64,000 bases of DNA, taken from NCBI GenBank assembly GCA_002633005.1, contig NMRA01000097.1, positions 62,001 through 126,000 on the forward strand, given 5' to 3'. Shown in pieces: positions 31,871 through 45,600 of the stretch. Position 1 is the first letter of the stretch. Each line of letters begins with the position of its first letter. The stretch is from Phoronis australis (taxonomy: Eukaryota > Animalia > Phoronida). The translations under genes were made by a program, and so were the position numbers. The notes beneath the pieces were generated by a model. It ran no database searches, had not been told where the DNA came from, and saw only the letters and a program-made list of their open reading frames with translations.

Positions 31871-34800
31871 TAGCAGAAGAGGAGGCTATCTCGAACTGTC
31901 GTGAGCAATGTGTCGTTAGTCGTTGCTCATGTGTAAGTATCCAGTGTCTTATCTGTGGTCTTACATACCCTAGGCATAAGTTGATCTGCTGATACTGGTT
32001 GATTATTTTCCCACAATTCAGTAGGCCTTAAATCCTCATCATTTCTTGATCTTTTGATTTCTGATTGGCCGTGCAGTTCTTTTCCTTTGTGTGGACATAA
32101 AAAATGCGTCGGCACTGTGTAGTTAATATTTGAGTATTCCAAAGACTTGCTGATGAGGTTACTCATAGAGTAACTTGCCTTTATAACTTTTTGTTGGTGT
32201 AGTTCCTTCTAGAGATTTTGCTATTTTATCTAGGTCCTGGACATTTGGCCTGAAGTGTCAAAATCTGTCAATGTTAGGACATTGTGAAAATCAGGCAGAC
32301 AAAAGTCGCCTTTGGAGGAGGGATTTATACAGGATTCCATAACTTGGAGTTCAGTTCTGACCGAACATGCCTTGTTCCCGTGATGGTGCATGGGTACCCC
32401 AGTGGCCTTGGCGCCATTCACTGGTGTATTCCCATCTAATAGCTAAGCGAGTGCTGTGCGATCTGGAATCCAGTCGCTGCGTATTTATTGCCGCGTATCA
32501 GGGGAAAAGATCGAAGAGTGTGTAACCAGCACGAACTTGGTTGTATCTCCAAATTTACATTGCGTGCGATACTGGAAGGAGGAGGGCCAGAGACTATCCC
32601 GGTGCCTACCCTCTGACGTCACCACAGAAACAGAAACAGCTAAGAGAGTACAGTTATGTGGCAATATTGACGTCCATAACATAAACCTTTTATTTATTCA
32701 ATGACTTTAAAATGTAGTTATATGCTCTAAATTCAAACTCATTTTTCAAATGAAAGAAAAAGCGTAACTAAGAAAGAATATGGTTTGTACAAATGAATGG
32801 TCTGCATACAGTTGACTGCAGTTTTGTGATTCATTTCAAAATCTTGGCTTCATTTCCCTGCCACTGATTATCAACACACCAGTGTTGTATCTATATTGTG
32901 ATATTACGTAATAGGCCAAATACCCCTTCCCACTCCCAATTTTAAAAAATGGACTCTGGAGATAAAATTGATGGTCCAGAGACATGCGCAAATTGCTTAT
33001 AGTGCAAATAAAAGTCTTTCTACACCATTGACAGTGCACAAAGCATTGGAAAACACTAGGGAAAAAGAAGTCTACACAGACGTATGAAATGAAACAATAT
33101 GCACAAATCCTCAAATCAACAAATAATGCAGCCTTCATACATTTAAGTTGTCAACCTTGAGTAAGTCAAAAAAGTCTAACATAGTGGTAAACTTTCCAGC
33201 TGCAATGTCCCGTCTTCCCATGAAGTTTAGACAGTCTGAATTTTTTTTGGTTAGTGAGTCGAATTTTTAATCACAGGCCTATGTGGACTCAACTGCCGAG
33301 CCTATGTTTTCTCTTACTCTCATTTCTTGCGTTATACAGCTTTTTTATGGTCCAGCATTGGTTTCACAATGTCTCAAAATTCAACGCTTTGAAGTTGGTT
33401 TTGCTAACACGAATTCTTTTGCAGAAACTGCACAACATCGAGTTCACGGTTTCGTCCAACATTTAATTAGGTATCTTGTAAACACACTAATTTTCATGCG
33501 TTTCCCATCCATGTACCCAACTTCTGCCATAGTAACTTATGATTTAGGCCACTGACCTTGCAAAGCGTGTCGCCATCTTGTTTCGTAGCTATAGATTAGA
33601 GAGGATTTGTAGTCTTGAGAAGAACTACAACTCAGAAATTGTTGTCATGCTTTAGATCTGAAATGTTGTTTTTGTCACCAGAACATATGGTTTATGGCAG
33701 CTGTAGTGTATGTCATTCATTGGTTAAATTGAAACTATAGTTCTCGTAATCATTATCCCGAAAAGATACTTTTGCCGACTCACACAAAAGTTGGGCTGTA
33801 ATAGAGCGTGCCGCTAACTCAGATGCCCCACGAAATTTACAAGATCTGCAGTTTTGCTTTTGGTTGGTATTTTGACACTCGGGTAATGTCTTGATGTGGT
33901 ATAATGGGTTCAGCCTTGTGGCTTAAACACGCCTGATGTATGGCAAGGCACAGGTTGCCTGCATTCTTTTTTTAACATCTTGACAGGTATCGTCTCGGGG
34001 GGGGGGAGGGGTGATTTTATCATTTGGTATTTCCTCTCTTTAGTATTATATGCAGTTGTTCCGGTATTGTATTGCTCTAAATTTGATGTCTGAGGCAGCA
34101 CACCCCCTTACTCATTCATTATGTGGTGGAGAATCCGTGGATACTAAGTTAACTTCTCAGTCATTTCAAGTCTACTCTTGACTGTGGCTGTTATTTGTTG
34201 TTTTTAGTTGCCTGAAACAGACCAGCTGATTGTTGTGCCTGAAGAATGAATCCTGATGTTATGGCGACTACATTGCTTGGGGCGCTTTACTCCCGACTTG
34301 ACACTCTACACTAGGTAGGGGAGAGATTAATACCCAGGTTGAGTTCTGTAGACACGAGAATCTTGTCTAGTAAGCTACTGTGATCACATTCTTGTAATAC
34401 ATGTTCTCGGGTCTTCAGAATGGACGCCCATCACTGTATCTGTGTATAACACGCTGGATACTTAAGGAAGTTGTATGAACACTCCAAAGTGGTCGTGTCT
34501 GCGTTTTGTTATCTTGTAAAATTGTCAGAAATCAAGCAAGGCAATGTCAAAATTGGATGCCTTTTTAAAGTTGTATGTGTAAATTCAACGCATAAGTTTG
34601 AACAAGCAAGGACAGCTAATAATGAAAAATCCGTAGTTGATATCCAGGCAGTAATTTCGGATACACTAAACTGATTTAAGTGTAGTGAGCTGAGTGACAC
34701 TGGGGAAACAAATACTAGTGATCGAGATATGAACAACACGCCCTCTTATTCAATGCTGTCCCCTATCGTGGACGTGTTGTAATGACGGTAGTTTTGGATA

Positions 34801-34909
34801 ATCATGTAGAATATCTTTTTGTGGGCCTGTGGTAACTTTTTTATGACATTAAAGTATTGTTATTTTAGATACATTGAAAGGATCGAGATTTCTGCAATAA
34901 TTGAAGATT

Positions 34910-37900
34910 ATGGAGGTCAACGACACTAACATCTTTTCTTCATCTACTTCTGTTAAGTCCTCTCAGTCCGTTACATCCTCTCAGTCCGTCAAGTCCTCTC
35001 GGTCCGTCAAGTCCTCTCGGTCCATCAAGTCTTCTCAGTCAGTACCAAACCCTGCTAGATTAGATGAAGATGGCATCAGCTTCAGAAGTCACAGGGGAAA
35101 CTTGGCCAGCATTCCAGCATCTGTGCGTAGCAGCCAGTACTTCTCTACTGGTACTTACATCAGCAGCGTTTGCCCCCCAGAGACCTGTTGGGTGTCAGAA
35201 AATTTCTCTGAATTTCTGGAGTCCGCCTTCTCGGAGGGAAGTCTCAGCATTCCCCACTGGGAGGACAGTGACAACGAGGATGAGTTTAAGTCAGAATCTG
35301 AGTTCAAGGAAGACAATAATGATCATAGTCTTAGTGCAGATGTTGATAAAGATCGTCCTCTGTTTACAAGCTGGCACGCAATAAGTGCAGAAAATCGGTT
35401 TATTGTTATACCACGACCTAATGAAGATGGCCTAGACAGTGGCAGAAAAGAAACAGAGCCTGGAGACCTAAAGACAGGTGCTGTTCAGACTGTTTGTGAG
35501 TATGACAGTGTACAGAGCAATTCAAGCACCAAAGAACTTCTGGCTAGTGCAGCGCGTAAAATTGCATCCAGTGATTCAGCTTATGACAGTGTTCAGAGCT
35601 CTTCAAGTACACGTGGTCTTTTGGCGAGTGCTGCTCGGAAGTTTGTTCTTAGGTCAAAAGGCCCGTCACAGTACACAGTGAAGCCAAACGATGAAGCTAA
35701 ACACCACATGAGAAAGTCATTGAAGAATCTCGCTGCCCTCTGTGTTGGTTACTCCCTGTCATTTTTGGCTTTCTTTGCATTAAGAAACATCCAAAGCAGT
35801 CTTAGCTCGGACAGCAGTCTTATCATGCTATCTCTGTCCATAGTCTACTGCACGTTTGTTGTATCCTGCATCTTTTCCCGTTTGGTAGTCGAGAAGTTAG
35901 GCTGTAAGTATACCATCATGGCTGGCCAATTGGGAATTGCCGTTTACACTGTGTGCAATTTCTACCCAGTTGCTTACATTGTCATCCCAGCATCAGTCTT
36001 AGTTGGATTTTGTTTTCCTAATCTGTGGGTTGCTCATGGATTGTACCTAACTGGGCTGGCCACAACTCATTGTAGCTGGTCTGGTAAATCGAAGGCAAAT
36101 ACCATCAGGCGTTTCAATGGAGTTTTCTTCACTGTTTGGCATATAATTGGAGTCCTTGGAAATTTAGCGACGTCCCTGATCTTTTATCCTGGAGAGTCTG
36201 CTGGAATATCGTCAAATGAGAGTGTCTTATTTTCGTTGACAATGTACCAATCAATAAACTTCCGTAATAGATCTTTGGATATTATTTCGACAAATTATGG
36301 TGGCAATTTCAAGGTTTCTCCATTGTCTAGCACCAATTTCACCAATATTAGTTTGTGTGGTGCTAAATTTTGTCATCACTATGGTGTCGAGGACAGCTCT
36401 GGTGATACAAAAGATCCAGCAACTGTGAAAATATTCCTTGGAGTCTTTCTAGGCATTTGTTTGTGTGGCTTGGCGGTTGTTTGGGGTTTTCTGGATAATA
36501 CTCTGGTCAAGACAGGTGAAGGCTCCAGTACTCTTAAGCAGAAGATGATTGGCCTCTTCAGACATCTGAAAGACAAGCGCGCTCTGTTGCTGTTGGCACT
36601 TGTATTTTACCTTGGTGTTCAGCAAGTATTCATTTATGGAGAACTAACAAAAGTGAGTTAAATTTAATTAAGTAGAAGCGTGTACAATTGTTGTACGATT
36701 ATGTGGGAGTTTGTAGACAAGTTTGTATATTGAGCCAAATATCTGCAAAACTATAGATTTTAATTCAGCATTTTCTGAGAGTAGAAGCCAGTAAAGTTTA
36801 TTTTTGGCCAATCTGCCATTAATTGGGTCTGCATGTGAGCATGACTTTTTAGTAAAATTTAGTGAAAACAGAATTCAAAGCAAAGCAATGGTGTCATTAA
36901 ATTTAATTTTATTTAAATGATCAAGATGAAATCTCAAAATGCTGCTCCAGTATTTCTAAGTTATCATTTTTCTTTCCTTTTATGCAACTGTTTAAATTTT
37001 TGTAAGAATTAATGGTCGTATTTTTGATAGCTCTTCATGAAATAGTGGAACAGTTCCTAACCGTGTTTTGGAGAACAGTGTGCAAAGCGTAGTCATATTT
37101 GAAGGTTTCACATGAATCCCGTCATCCATTTCTGAAACGTTATTTTCCAAAGTTCGCAAAATTTAGACATTTTGTAGGGTGCTACCTAATCTTAATACAA
37201 AATTTGCAGGGCACATTTGCCAGAATTGTATTTTAGTTTTGTTCCAGTTACTAGGCACTTGTTTGAACAGAGCAGAACCACATTAAACAACAATCACTGG
37301 TTGAAAAGTATCCCGAGGCAGATTTTTCAGTGAAGCTGTTCTAATATATCATCCATTGACTTGTCTGTCACAAATTTAATGCAAAAGCAATGGAAATTTC
37401 GGAACAAGGGCTGTTGCGTGCTCTTTCTGGAACTATTGCACCAACCTGACATCTGAAAGTTCCTGCTGGTGGTTCCTCTGTTGTATCATATGGTTGGAAT
37501 GTACTGCAAACCATTGCTGGAGATTTTTTGAAACTTTCCTTTTTGCTATCTCTGGTACTATCAGCCTTCGGCTTTTGCTAATTTATTCGCTGATATCTTT
37601 TCAGGCATTTGTTACCTGTCCCTATGGTATGTACAAGATTGGCTTCTTGATGATTTCTCATGGTTTGTTTGACGCCATCAGCTGTCTTCTTGCCAGTCAT
37701 TTGCAGAGACACTTGGGCAGAGCTGTTGTGTGCTCTATAGGTAAATTAAATTATGCCACATGACTCCCATATTCAGCTAAATTTCCAACTCGGAATTTTC
37801 AAAATTTTGCTCTTAGGCTACTGCAAGCTTGTGTTCCATCAAAGAAACTTTTGATTGACACTGCCATAAAACTGGTATCAACTTGCGTCTTGTACTCAGT

Positions 37901-39859
37901 TGAGAAGTGCATGATTTCTGGGCTTCAGAAAGAGCGGACAGTCTGTTATTGTTTGAGACGGTACTTGGCGCTTAAGATGACCTGTTCGGACAATACATTA
38001 TAGTGAGCCTGATCTCGAATAACAACTCGCTGTCAAGTGTTCACAAGCCCAAAATCATTAATTATAGTTTAAGTAATTTAGGAACAATGTGAGATCAGTC
38101 CAATAACATGAAATAGTGTGAACCATGAGTTGTTTGTAACAGAAGGGAATGGGTTATAGAATGAAGCTGCGTAATTGGTCTGATCCTACTGTTGTAATCA
38201 TTTCTTTATCGAACTACGATAAAATCTTGCCAAATTCGGACAAAAGTAATCGGCAAAAATGCACTTTTTTCATTTTTCTACGGCTTCTAACCTCGTTGTC
38301 ATTGCCCACAAATTTTTTAAACTTTGTTTGATGGTAGTTGTGGTACAAAACTTGAACATGGAAAATCATTTAATTTGGTGCTACATATATTTCCTGGAAA
38401 AATGGCGCAACAAAATTTCACCTGTCGGCTATATTTTGTCCCAAGTTGGTGAGATTTTGCCGTATCTCACAATGTGTACACTCCTTTGAAATAAAGTTAA
38501 ACCCTTGTACAATTTCTTTCATAATAACTTTATTGGAAACAATAAAGTCACCTACACTAATAATTGACCTGTTGCAAGGATTTTGAGTGGCGGCTTAACT
38601 GACCCATCAGAACTCTGCATTCTTGACACCTTCGTTTTCTAGCTGCCATTTTATCTGACAAACAACACATTGTCAGGTAAACTTATTTGTTTGTTGACTT
38701 TTCGTAGAGGGGTGGAGCTTGCAATAGGTCAATTAGTCCAATGGATCACAGTCAACAGCTGAGAATCTTGTTACAATCTTGTACAAAGAAAATGAAGAAT
38801 TATTGAATTCATCATTTTGTCTGTCCCATTTACAGCTGCCGTTATGAACCTGAGTGTGCTATTAACTGCACTGTTTTGGCCTCCCACTGTGGACCAGGAA
38901 TACGTCGTGTATATAATGGCAGCCTTATGGGGCCTGGCTGATGGAATATGGGGGACAATGGTGAACAGTGAGTGTCTCACCGAGGGCCTTCTTATGAAAG
39001 GTCAAATGTTCAGTCTTTGATACACGGTTCATTAACAGGACTCGTGAAGAGGGTGGTTAGCTTAACATTAATTGATCTTGTGAAAAATGCTGTGTTGCAT
39101 TTTCAAGAACATGCCTACATTAGCTATGGATGGAGTTGTGCCCTTTGATAAAATGGATCCTTCCGGGTGTATAAGCTCAACTTAACCTACTACCACACCA
39201 GTCCAGATATAAGCCAATTGCCCTAATGTTGTGTTGTGATCACATATTGTACAAGCCATAATGCTCTACTATAAGCCCACTCCTCTTATCACTAAGTATA
39301 TATTGAATACAATTGACCCCTTCTCTCTTGCTAGGAGGGCCAACACAAACTGCGTTGGCAAAGCAAGTCTAAACGGTGTGTGTCAATTACAAGAATATAC
39401 CAGAAATCCTCCGAAGCATTTGGGACTCGTGTATAGCATATGAATCGGGGGTTTCTTCCAAGTAATTGAGGATTATGCGTACGATTGTCTGGTATCCTTG
39501 TGTTCTAGCTTGTAGACTATCATACATGTCTCTGAGTTCAGAAGAGCCTTAAATGGATTTTTCTATAGAATGTTCTTATTTCCAATATAAAAACTGCTTA
39601 AAAAATGAAATTTTATTTCACAGGTATGGTTGGCATTCTCTTCATGGACACAATGAAATCTGCGTTTGCCAGCACACGACAAATGATTGCCCTGGGATCT
39701 GCCGTAGCATTCGCCTACAGCCAGTATTTGTGTATGACGGCCAAGATAGGCATCTCAATGGGAATTCTAGTGGTGGCTGTGGCCGGTTATGGGTTGTTGG
39801 AACTGAAGCTTACCAGGGAGGCAAAGGTGCCTTTGCAAGGAAAGACAACGTACATTTAG
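34910..39859 (+). CDS. UNC-93 homolog A-like MFS membrane protein with long N-terminal extension, 4 coding exons, ~748 aa
   Basis: Exons 34910-36652 (..KNLAALCVGYSLSFLAFFALRNIQSSL..LGCKYT..NFYP..LWVAHGLYLT..CGAKFC..KDKRALLL..YGELTK), 37605-37740 (AFVTCPYG..), 38836-38967 (..ALWGLADGIW..), 39624-39859. Total 2247 nt in phase; UNC-93 family motifs; exact orthology (UNC93A versus UNC93B1-like) not determinable. Confidence 0.9.
34949..35038 (+). repeat. Coding 18-bp tandem repeat x5 encoding SVKSSQ/SVTSSQ/SVKSSR/SVKSSR/SIKSSQ
   Basis: Five TCCGTCAAGTCCTCTC(A/G)G-like units read directly. Confidence 0.9.
38561..38735. mobile_element. ~175-bp unclassified MITE (second copy at 51801-51981)
   Basis: Inverted termini TAATTGACCT..AGGTCAATTA; colinear internal similarity with the 51801 copy. 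Confidence 0.75.
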
Positions 39860-40477
39860 GTGATTTAGGTGGATTTCTCAAGTGGGGGCACTCATTTGTA
39901 TTTTTAATGCGGCTAATAATGTTAATGAAATTCGCAGTTTTTGAGCTTGATCTTATTTCTTGCAAAATGGTAATCTTTAATTTATATATTAATTCCTATA
40001 CTTGGCTTATTTCAGAGGCAATGTCTTCAAAATGATCCATGTGTTCAGATTATTCTGTCGGGTAAGAGATGTTGGCATATTCAGCAAAAGTCCATTCGCA
40101 AAAGCAACTTATAGCTAAGCTTAGTAATTGCAGTTTCAATGTAGTTGAAACCATTCAGGGCTGCAAAAACTTGAGTCCTTAAATGTTGTCTGTTGATGGG
40201 TTTCTAAAAGTCCAAGAATGTTCCAGAATTTTCCGTCACAAGCTTAAATCCAAGGGATGAAATAATTTGTCATGAAACAATGCTGACACAATGAGCAAAA
40301 ATTCATCTAATTCTCTTGGTACGAAACAAATATAGTGCAGGCTGCCTGATATACACGTTGCACTGAGCTCTTACATCCATTTTTCATTTATTATACTATA
40401 ATCATAACGTTTATATAAAAATATACAAAAATTAAAACCAAGCTAAGGAGCTAGATACCTGACTCAAGGGTCTAGTT

Positions 40478-40555
40478 GTGAGGTCCAGTTGGATTCAAAC
40501 CTGCAATCTTGTGAACAGGATGCAGATACTCTGCCCACTAGGTCTCATTGCCTCC
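40478..40555 (-). repeat. Degenerate tRNA-derived SINE head
   Basis: Minus strand has A-box-like GACCTAGTGG and B-box-like GGTTTGAATCC at tRNA spacing but no intact cloverleaf. Confidence 0.4.
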
Positions 40556-41186
40556 TCAGTTTTGTACAAAAGATAAGGGGGTTGTTTATGGCAGCTGACT
40601 GTGCTGAGCTGAGGTTGCCAACTGCCTTCAACACACAAAAGGATTGCACGTCACTGCCAACAGGTGATGACAGTGTTATTGTCATTAGAAGCTTTCTACG
40701 GAAACTTTGCTGCATGGGATTTTATGGCTATTCCATTTTTGATCCGTACATGTTACAATGAAATGTACAGTGTAATAGTCATTTTTGATATCGCCATGGT
40801 ATACTGAGATAAGCTGTGTTGCTAATATTTGTAGAAACGCATGTAACGTCACCTATGGTTCATGTTTGCTTGGGGGTAGTTTTAAAGCAGTAGAATTCTT
40901 TGAATATTATTAGACTCATGGAGGGGATGTATCAGTTATTTTCTCAAGATATTTGTTCGTTGTGAAATATTCATGATCAAAGAAATTGTTTTGCCCTCTT
41001 GAATTTGGTGCTTTTTGACCGTCAGAATTAGAAACTGGGTTGAGCAAAATTCTCTGCCATCGGTTGTCTGTCATAGTTATGTCAGTAAGCATTTTAACAT
41101 ATAGAGTACCTCTTAATTGTTACTTCAACCATTGTGCAAGGTTGTAAACATATTAACTTGATGTTTAATTTGAGGTTTTGTTCTCA

Positions 41187-42650
41187 TTATGCGCCCACAT
41201 ATTTATATGTGGACGCATTATGCCGTCATCTCTGTCCGTCCGTCCGTCCGTCCGTCCGGGCGGCGTCCGTCCGGCGTCCGCTGCTCTATCTCCAAAACCC
41301 TTTGACATACGTTCATGAAATTTGGCACATATGTTCCATTCATGAATGGGACGGCATGTGCGAACTTTCGGACGGATCCGACTACCGGTGTGCCCCCTAG
41401 TGGCAATTTTAGTTTTTTACGCTTACCTTTGTATCTTCAAAAGTCCTGAACGGATTTTCATGAAATTTGGTATGTAGGCACCTANNNNNNNNNNNNNNNN
41501 NNNNNNNNNNNNNNNNNNNNNNNNNNNNNNNNNNNNNNNNNNNNNNNNNNNNNNNNNNNNNNNNNNNNNNNNNNNNNNNNNNNNNNNNNNNNNNNNNNNN
41601 NNNNNNNNNNNNNNNNNNNNNNNNNNNNNNNNNNNNNNNNNNNNNNNNNNNNNNNNNNNNNNNNNNNNNNNNNNNNNNNNNNNNNNNNNNNNNNNNNNNN
41701 NNNNNNNNNNNNNNNNNNNNNNNNNNNNNNNNNNNNNNNNNNNNNNNNNNNNNNNNNNNNNNNNNNNNNNNNNNNNNNNNNNNNNNNNNNNNNNNNNNNN
41801 NNNNNNNNNNNNNNNNNNNNNNNNNNNNNNNNNNNNNNNNNNNNNNNNNNNNNNNNNNNNNNNNNNNNNNNNNNNNNNNNNNNNNNNNNNNNNNNNNNNN
41901 NNNNNNNNNNNNNNNNNNNNNNNNNNNNNNNNNNNNNNNNNNNNNNNNNNNNNNNNNNNNNNNNNNNNNNNNNNNNNNNNNNNNNNNNNNNNNNNNNNNN
42001 NNNNNNNNNNNNNNNNNNNNNNNNNNNNNNNNNNNNNNNNNNNNNNNNNNNNNNNNNNNNNNNNNNNNNNNNNNNNNNNNNNNNNNNNNNNNNNNNNNNN
42101 NNNNNNNNNNNNNNNNNNNNNNNNNNNNNNNNNNNNNNNNNNNNNNNNNNNNNNNNNNNNNNNNNNNNNNNNNNNNNNNNNNNNNNNNNNNNNNNNNNNN
42201 NNNNNNNNNNNNNNNNNNNNNNNNNNNNNNNNNNNNNNNNNNNNNNNNNNNNNNNNNNNNNNNNNNNNNNNNNNNNNNNNNNNNNNNNNNNNNNNNNNNN
42301 NNNNNNNNNTTCAGGTGTATACTTTGTGTTACTTCGTGACTGTGAAGGAAAAGTTCCAAGTAGAAATTTGTTTCTGGCATTCTAATGCTGTGCTAATCTC
42401 GTATGTTGGTAAATTTGTTTTTAATTCTATGTTTCTGTGGTGCTTTAAGCAACTGGTGTATAGGATGTGCTTGTATTATGAAGATTACTCACATTTTGCC
42501 CCTAGCCTATTGAGAAGACAATGACCATGCCTTTCCATTTTGCAAAGTACGCCCTCTACTGTCCACTTTATGGTACCAATAAACAACCCTAGAAGGATAC
42601 CGTATGCGGTGCAATTGTGGGCGCATTTCAACGCTCCGCGTTGCTCTTGT
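41187..42650 (+). mobile_element. Second copy of the Helentron-associated element, interrupted by an assembly gap
   Basis: 41187-41484 is the reverse complement of ~28555-28843; 42580-42650 is the reverse complement of 27075-27145; subterminal IR ATGCGCCCAC/GTGGGCGCAT and 3' hairpin CAACGC-TCC-GCGTTG. 42310-42580 does not look like array sequence, so the two ends may not be one insertion. Confidence 0.6.
41485..42309. other. Assembly gap (825 N), probably the collapsed tandem array
   Basis: Run of N begins inside an array unit of the Helentron-type element. Confidence 0.95.
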
Positions 42651-45600
42651 TATATTTAAGCTGACTTCTGATGAAAGAAGGTTATGACCTTTTACAGATC
42701 TGTACTAACGTTGAAGTGATTTTGTTTTGGCAGTGGCCAAAAGTACTAGGTATTGATTGAAAAATTGAACTTTATGAATTCAGTTCCATTAAAACTCACA
42801 GTAGACGAGTGTCACCATCTTTCCTTAGCTGGGGCCAAGTTCCCTGTTAGGGTTGTAAAAGTTAGCACCCTGCCCTTCAGAAAAGTTGTGTTTCGCCTCT
42901 CATTTATGCAAGTTTTAATGTAGCTCTCAAGGATTTGTAATAGACGCGACAGTGTTCAGTTTTGTTTGAATTTGAATGACTTGCATTTAGCTTTTGAGTC
43001 GGTCTGGTACTTTGTGTTGTGCGCGTTGTTTTCGTGATGTTGGTTTTGTTTTCTGTTATAATTTAATCTCTTTACAGTTTTGTTATTAGGTCCTTTATAC
43101 CTAGACGAGTGAAACCGCTACTTTAAACAGGCTTAGCTTTGTTAGTTTTACTTTTTATTCTATGTATATTTAAGAATTATTTACACGCTGAATTTAATAT
43201 TGTGCATTTTATAAGCAGAATTTGTGTACAGTTCTTGCACATTTACAGATATTATTTATTCAGAATACTCTATGTAAACTCTATTTACAAAACTATTAAT
43301 TTTATAACCATTTATTCTCCTTAGCTTCTTTTGCGACCAAAATTTACCCAACCTTTTAGGGTTGTTTTGTTAACATTTTGTAGCTATGATTTAGTTTTGT
43401 TCCGTTGATTGTTGCTTGTATACCATGTTGTTCATGAATAAATAAATCCGGAGAATTCGGCACTTTTTTGATATCCATTACATGGTAGTAGCAAGCCTGA
43501 ACGATCTTAGACGAGAAAAGTTATTTGATGCTACTTAATAAGGACATTATGGGTTTTATTGCCGAAAAATGAATTTTTGGTATTGTTGGGTGGGATAGAC
43601 TTCTTGAATTAGATATAAAACAACAAAATCTGTTTTGTTTTCTTTTACGATTTCATGGCAAATCAAGCAATACTCACCATTGTCTGCTAGACACTTGTTG
43701 AAATCGAAGTCAGTTTCTTAAGCTTACAAACACCCTTCAAGTACTGTTACAGTAGTTCATGTATCCTATTGGGCTTGGGCATACAGCATTTACGTGATGT
43801 TGCAGAGTTGGTGGGTTCGCCTGAGCACAACTAATAATTAATTCTCTTGCCAAGAATGTCCCTTCAAAATACACTCGAATATTCTGCCATTTTATGAGTT
43901 GGATTTACCAAGCGCTTGACCGCGACTAAAGATTTCTGGTTTGCGCAATCAGTGATGTTGCTAATTTTAGAATAATACTTTCCTCGCACATAATCCCTCT
44001 TTACCAAAAATAGCAATCCTGATCGTCTCAGAAAATCATTTTTCATTACTGACTACTGTGTCCCTGGCTCTTGGCAACATAAAAAAATAACGGCCCAGCG
44101 AAAGGCCAAGGCGTCTTCAGTGTGCTTTCACTACCACTGAAGCATATACACGATGATTGACGGAGACTGTGTTCAGTAGTCAGTAGCCAGAGTGTAGTCA
44201 CAGTGTTGCCTCAGTAGAAGTGAACACAGAGCATGCAGGCCTGTCGCTGGGTCGTCTGCCTCGCTTTTCCACCTGTTGCCAAGGGCATGCATAACTGAGA
44301 ATGACCATAAAGAAATTTTTAATTTGCATTATGATTTATTGGAAAAAATAAAACAAGTTTAGTCAGTGTAAGACAGTTTTGGCACGGTAAACCCTCCGAC
44401 ACTTCAACTTGATGTTAAATCTTAGTTCTGAAGATAAATATTTTTGAAGTGATCTGAAAGCACACAGTCTGGTTTCAATTGTTTAAGCTAGACAGAACAT
44501 AAATAATTTTTTGCACTCAGTGAGCATATATCAGGGAAATTTTTCACAAATACGCCAGAGGCTATACATTTCTGAAAAATGTGCACAGATGAATCCTCAA
44601 CTTTACCCAGCTAAGTAGGAAATCAATGCAAAAAACGAGAGTAATAATCAAACTATCTGTGAGGACAGGCATGCATTAACAATGTTATGCATCAGCTCTC
44701 TGGGTTGCAATTTACCAGACTTCTACAATATCGCTACACCCGAGTGAATATTCATCCCTTCCAAACATACGTGGGCATATACTTTGATTCGACTTATGGT
44801 TCCTAACTCTGCCGCTAATTTGTGCAGAATTAGCTACACAGGTTACAAACATGGTAGATACCAACCAGGTTGACGGAGCTCCACAATGATGGGAAAAATG
44901 AGATTTAACTTTGTAACAAGGGTTGATGAAGCACAAATAGCAGAACTAAAAAGTGTTTGCATAAGTCAAGGAATTTGTCAGAAAGAAAAACTGTTACTTT
45001 TACCGAAATTCTGATGACTCATTACTTTGTTTGTGTAAGATTGCAAAGAACACTTTTGCTCAGGTCAGCATAAATGTCAAATTAACAAAAACATTTAAAA
45101 TATTCACAATTTGAAATGAGAAGTGAAACATTTTCGTGGTTCCGATGAAATATGGTAATTTTATTTATATACACGGACCAATACAACGCAAAATGAAAGT
45201 TTCTGCAACATAAACACAACATACCTTCTTAACCTTAGAAAATGAGGAGCAGTGGATAATCAGCACTTAATTTCAACAAACTAAACATTTTTGAATCAGT
45301 CGACCATTAAATAAGTGGACCAGCAATGAATAATCGGCCTAGTCACATTCAGGAAGCTGGTCCCGAGTACAATTAGCCAGTTACAGAACCGATTTCTTCA
45401 ACTAAGCACAATAAAAATCCGGCAACAACTTTATCTTGTCTCCTTTTAGCAATACACTTAAAAACGAATCTCCGGCTCAAGCACTGACACAAAGTAGGTA
45501 AATGCTACGAACAGGCCTGCAATGAATAATTTTTAAAAGTAGTATAATATTAGCTTAAATTAAATTCCAAAATCGCAAGTGGTGGCAGGGAGGAAACCGC

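Noticed and set aside
32380-32640. GC-richer stretch ending CAGAAACAGAAACAG, possibly a SINE (similar-looking patches at ~5800-6270, ~19960-20050, ~34315-34470)
   Set aside because: No clear A/B boxes, TSD or second copy could be established by eye.
41409-42380. 323-aa and 290-aa ORFs
   Set aside because: Artefacts of translating through the N gap.
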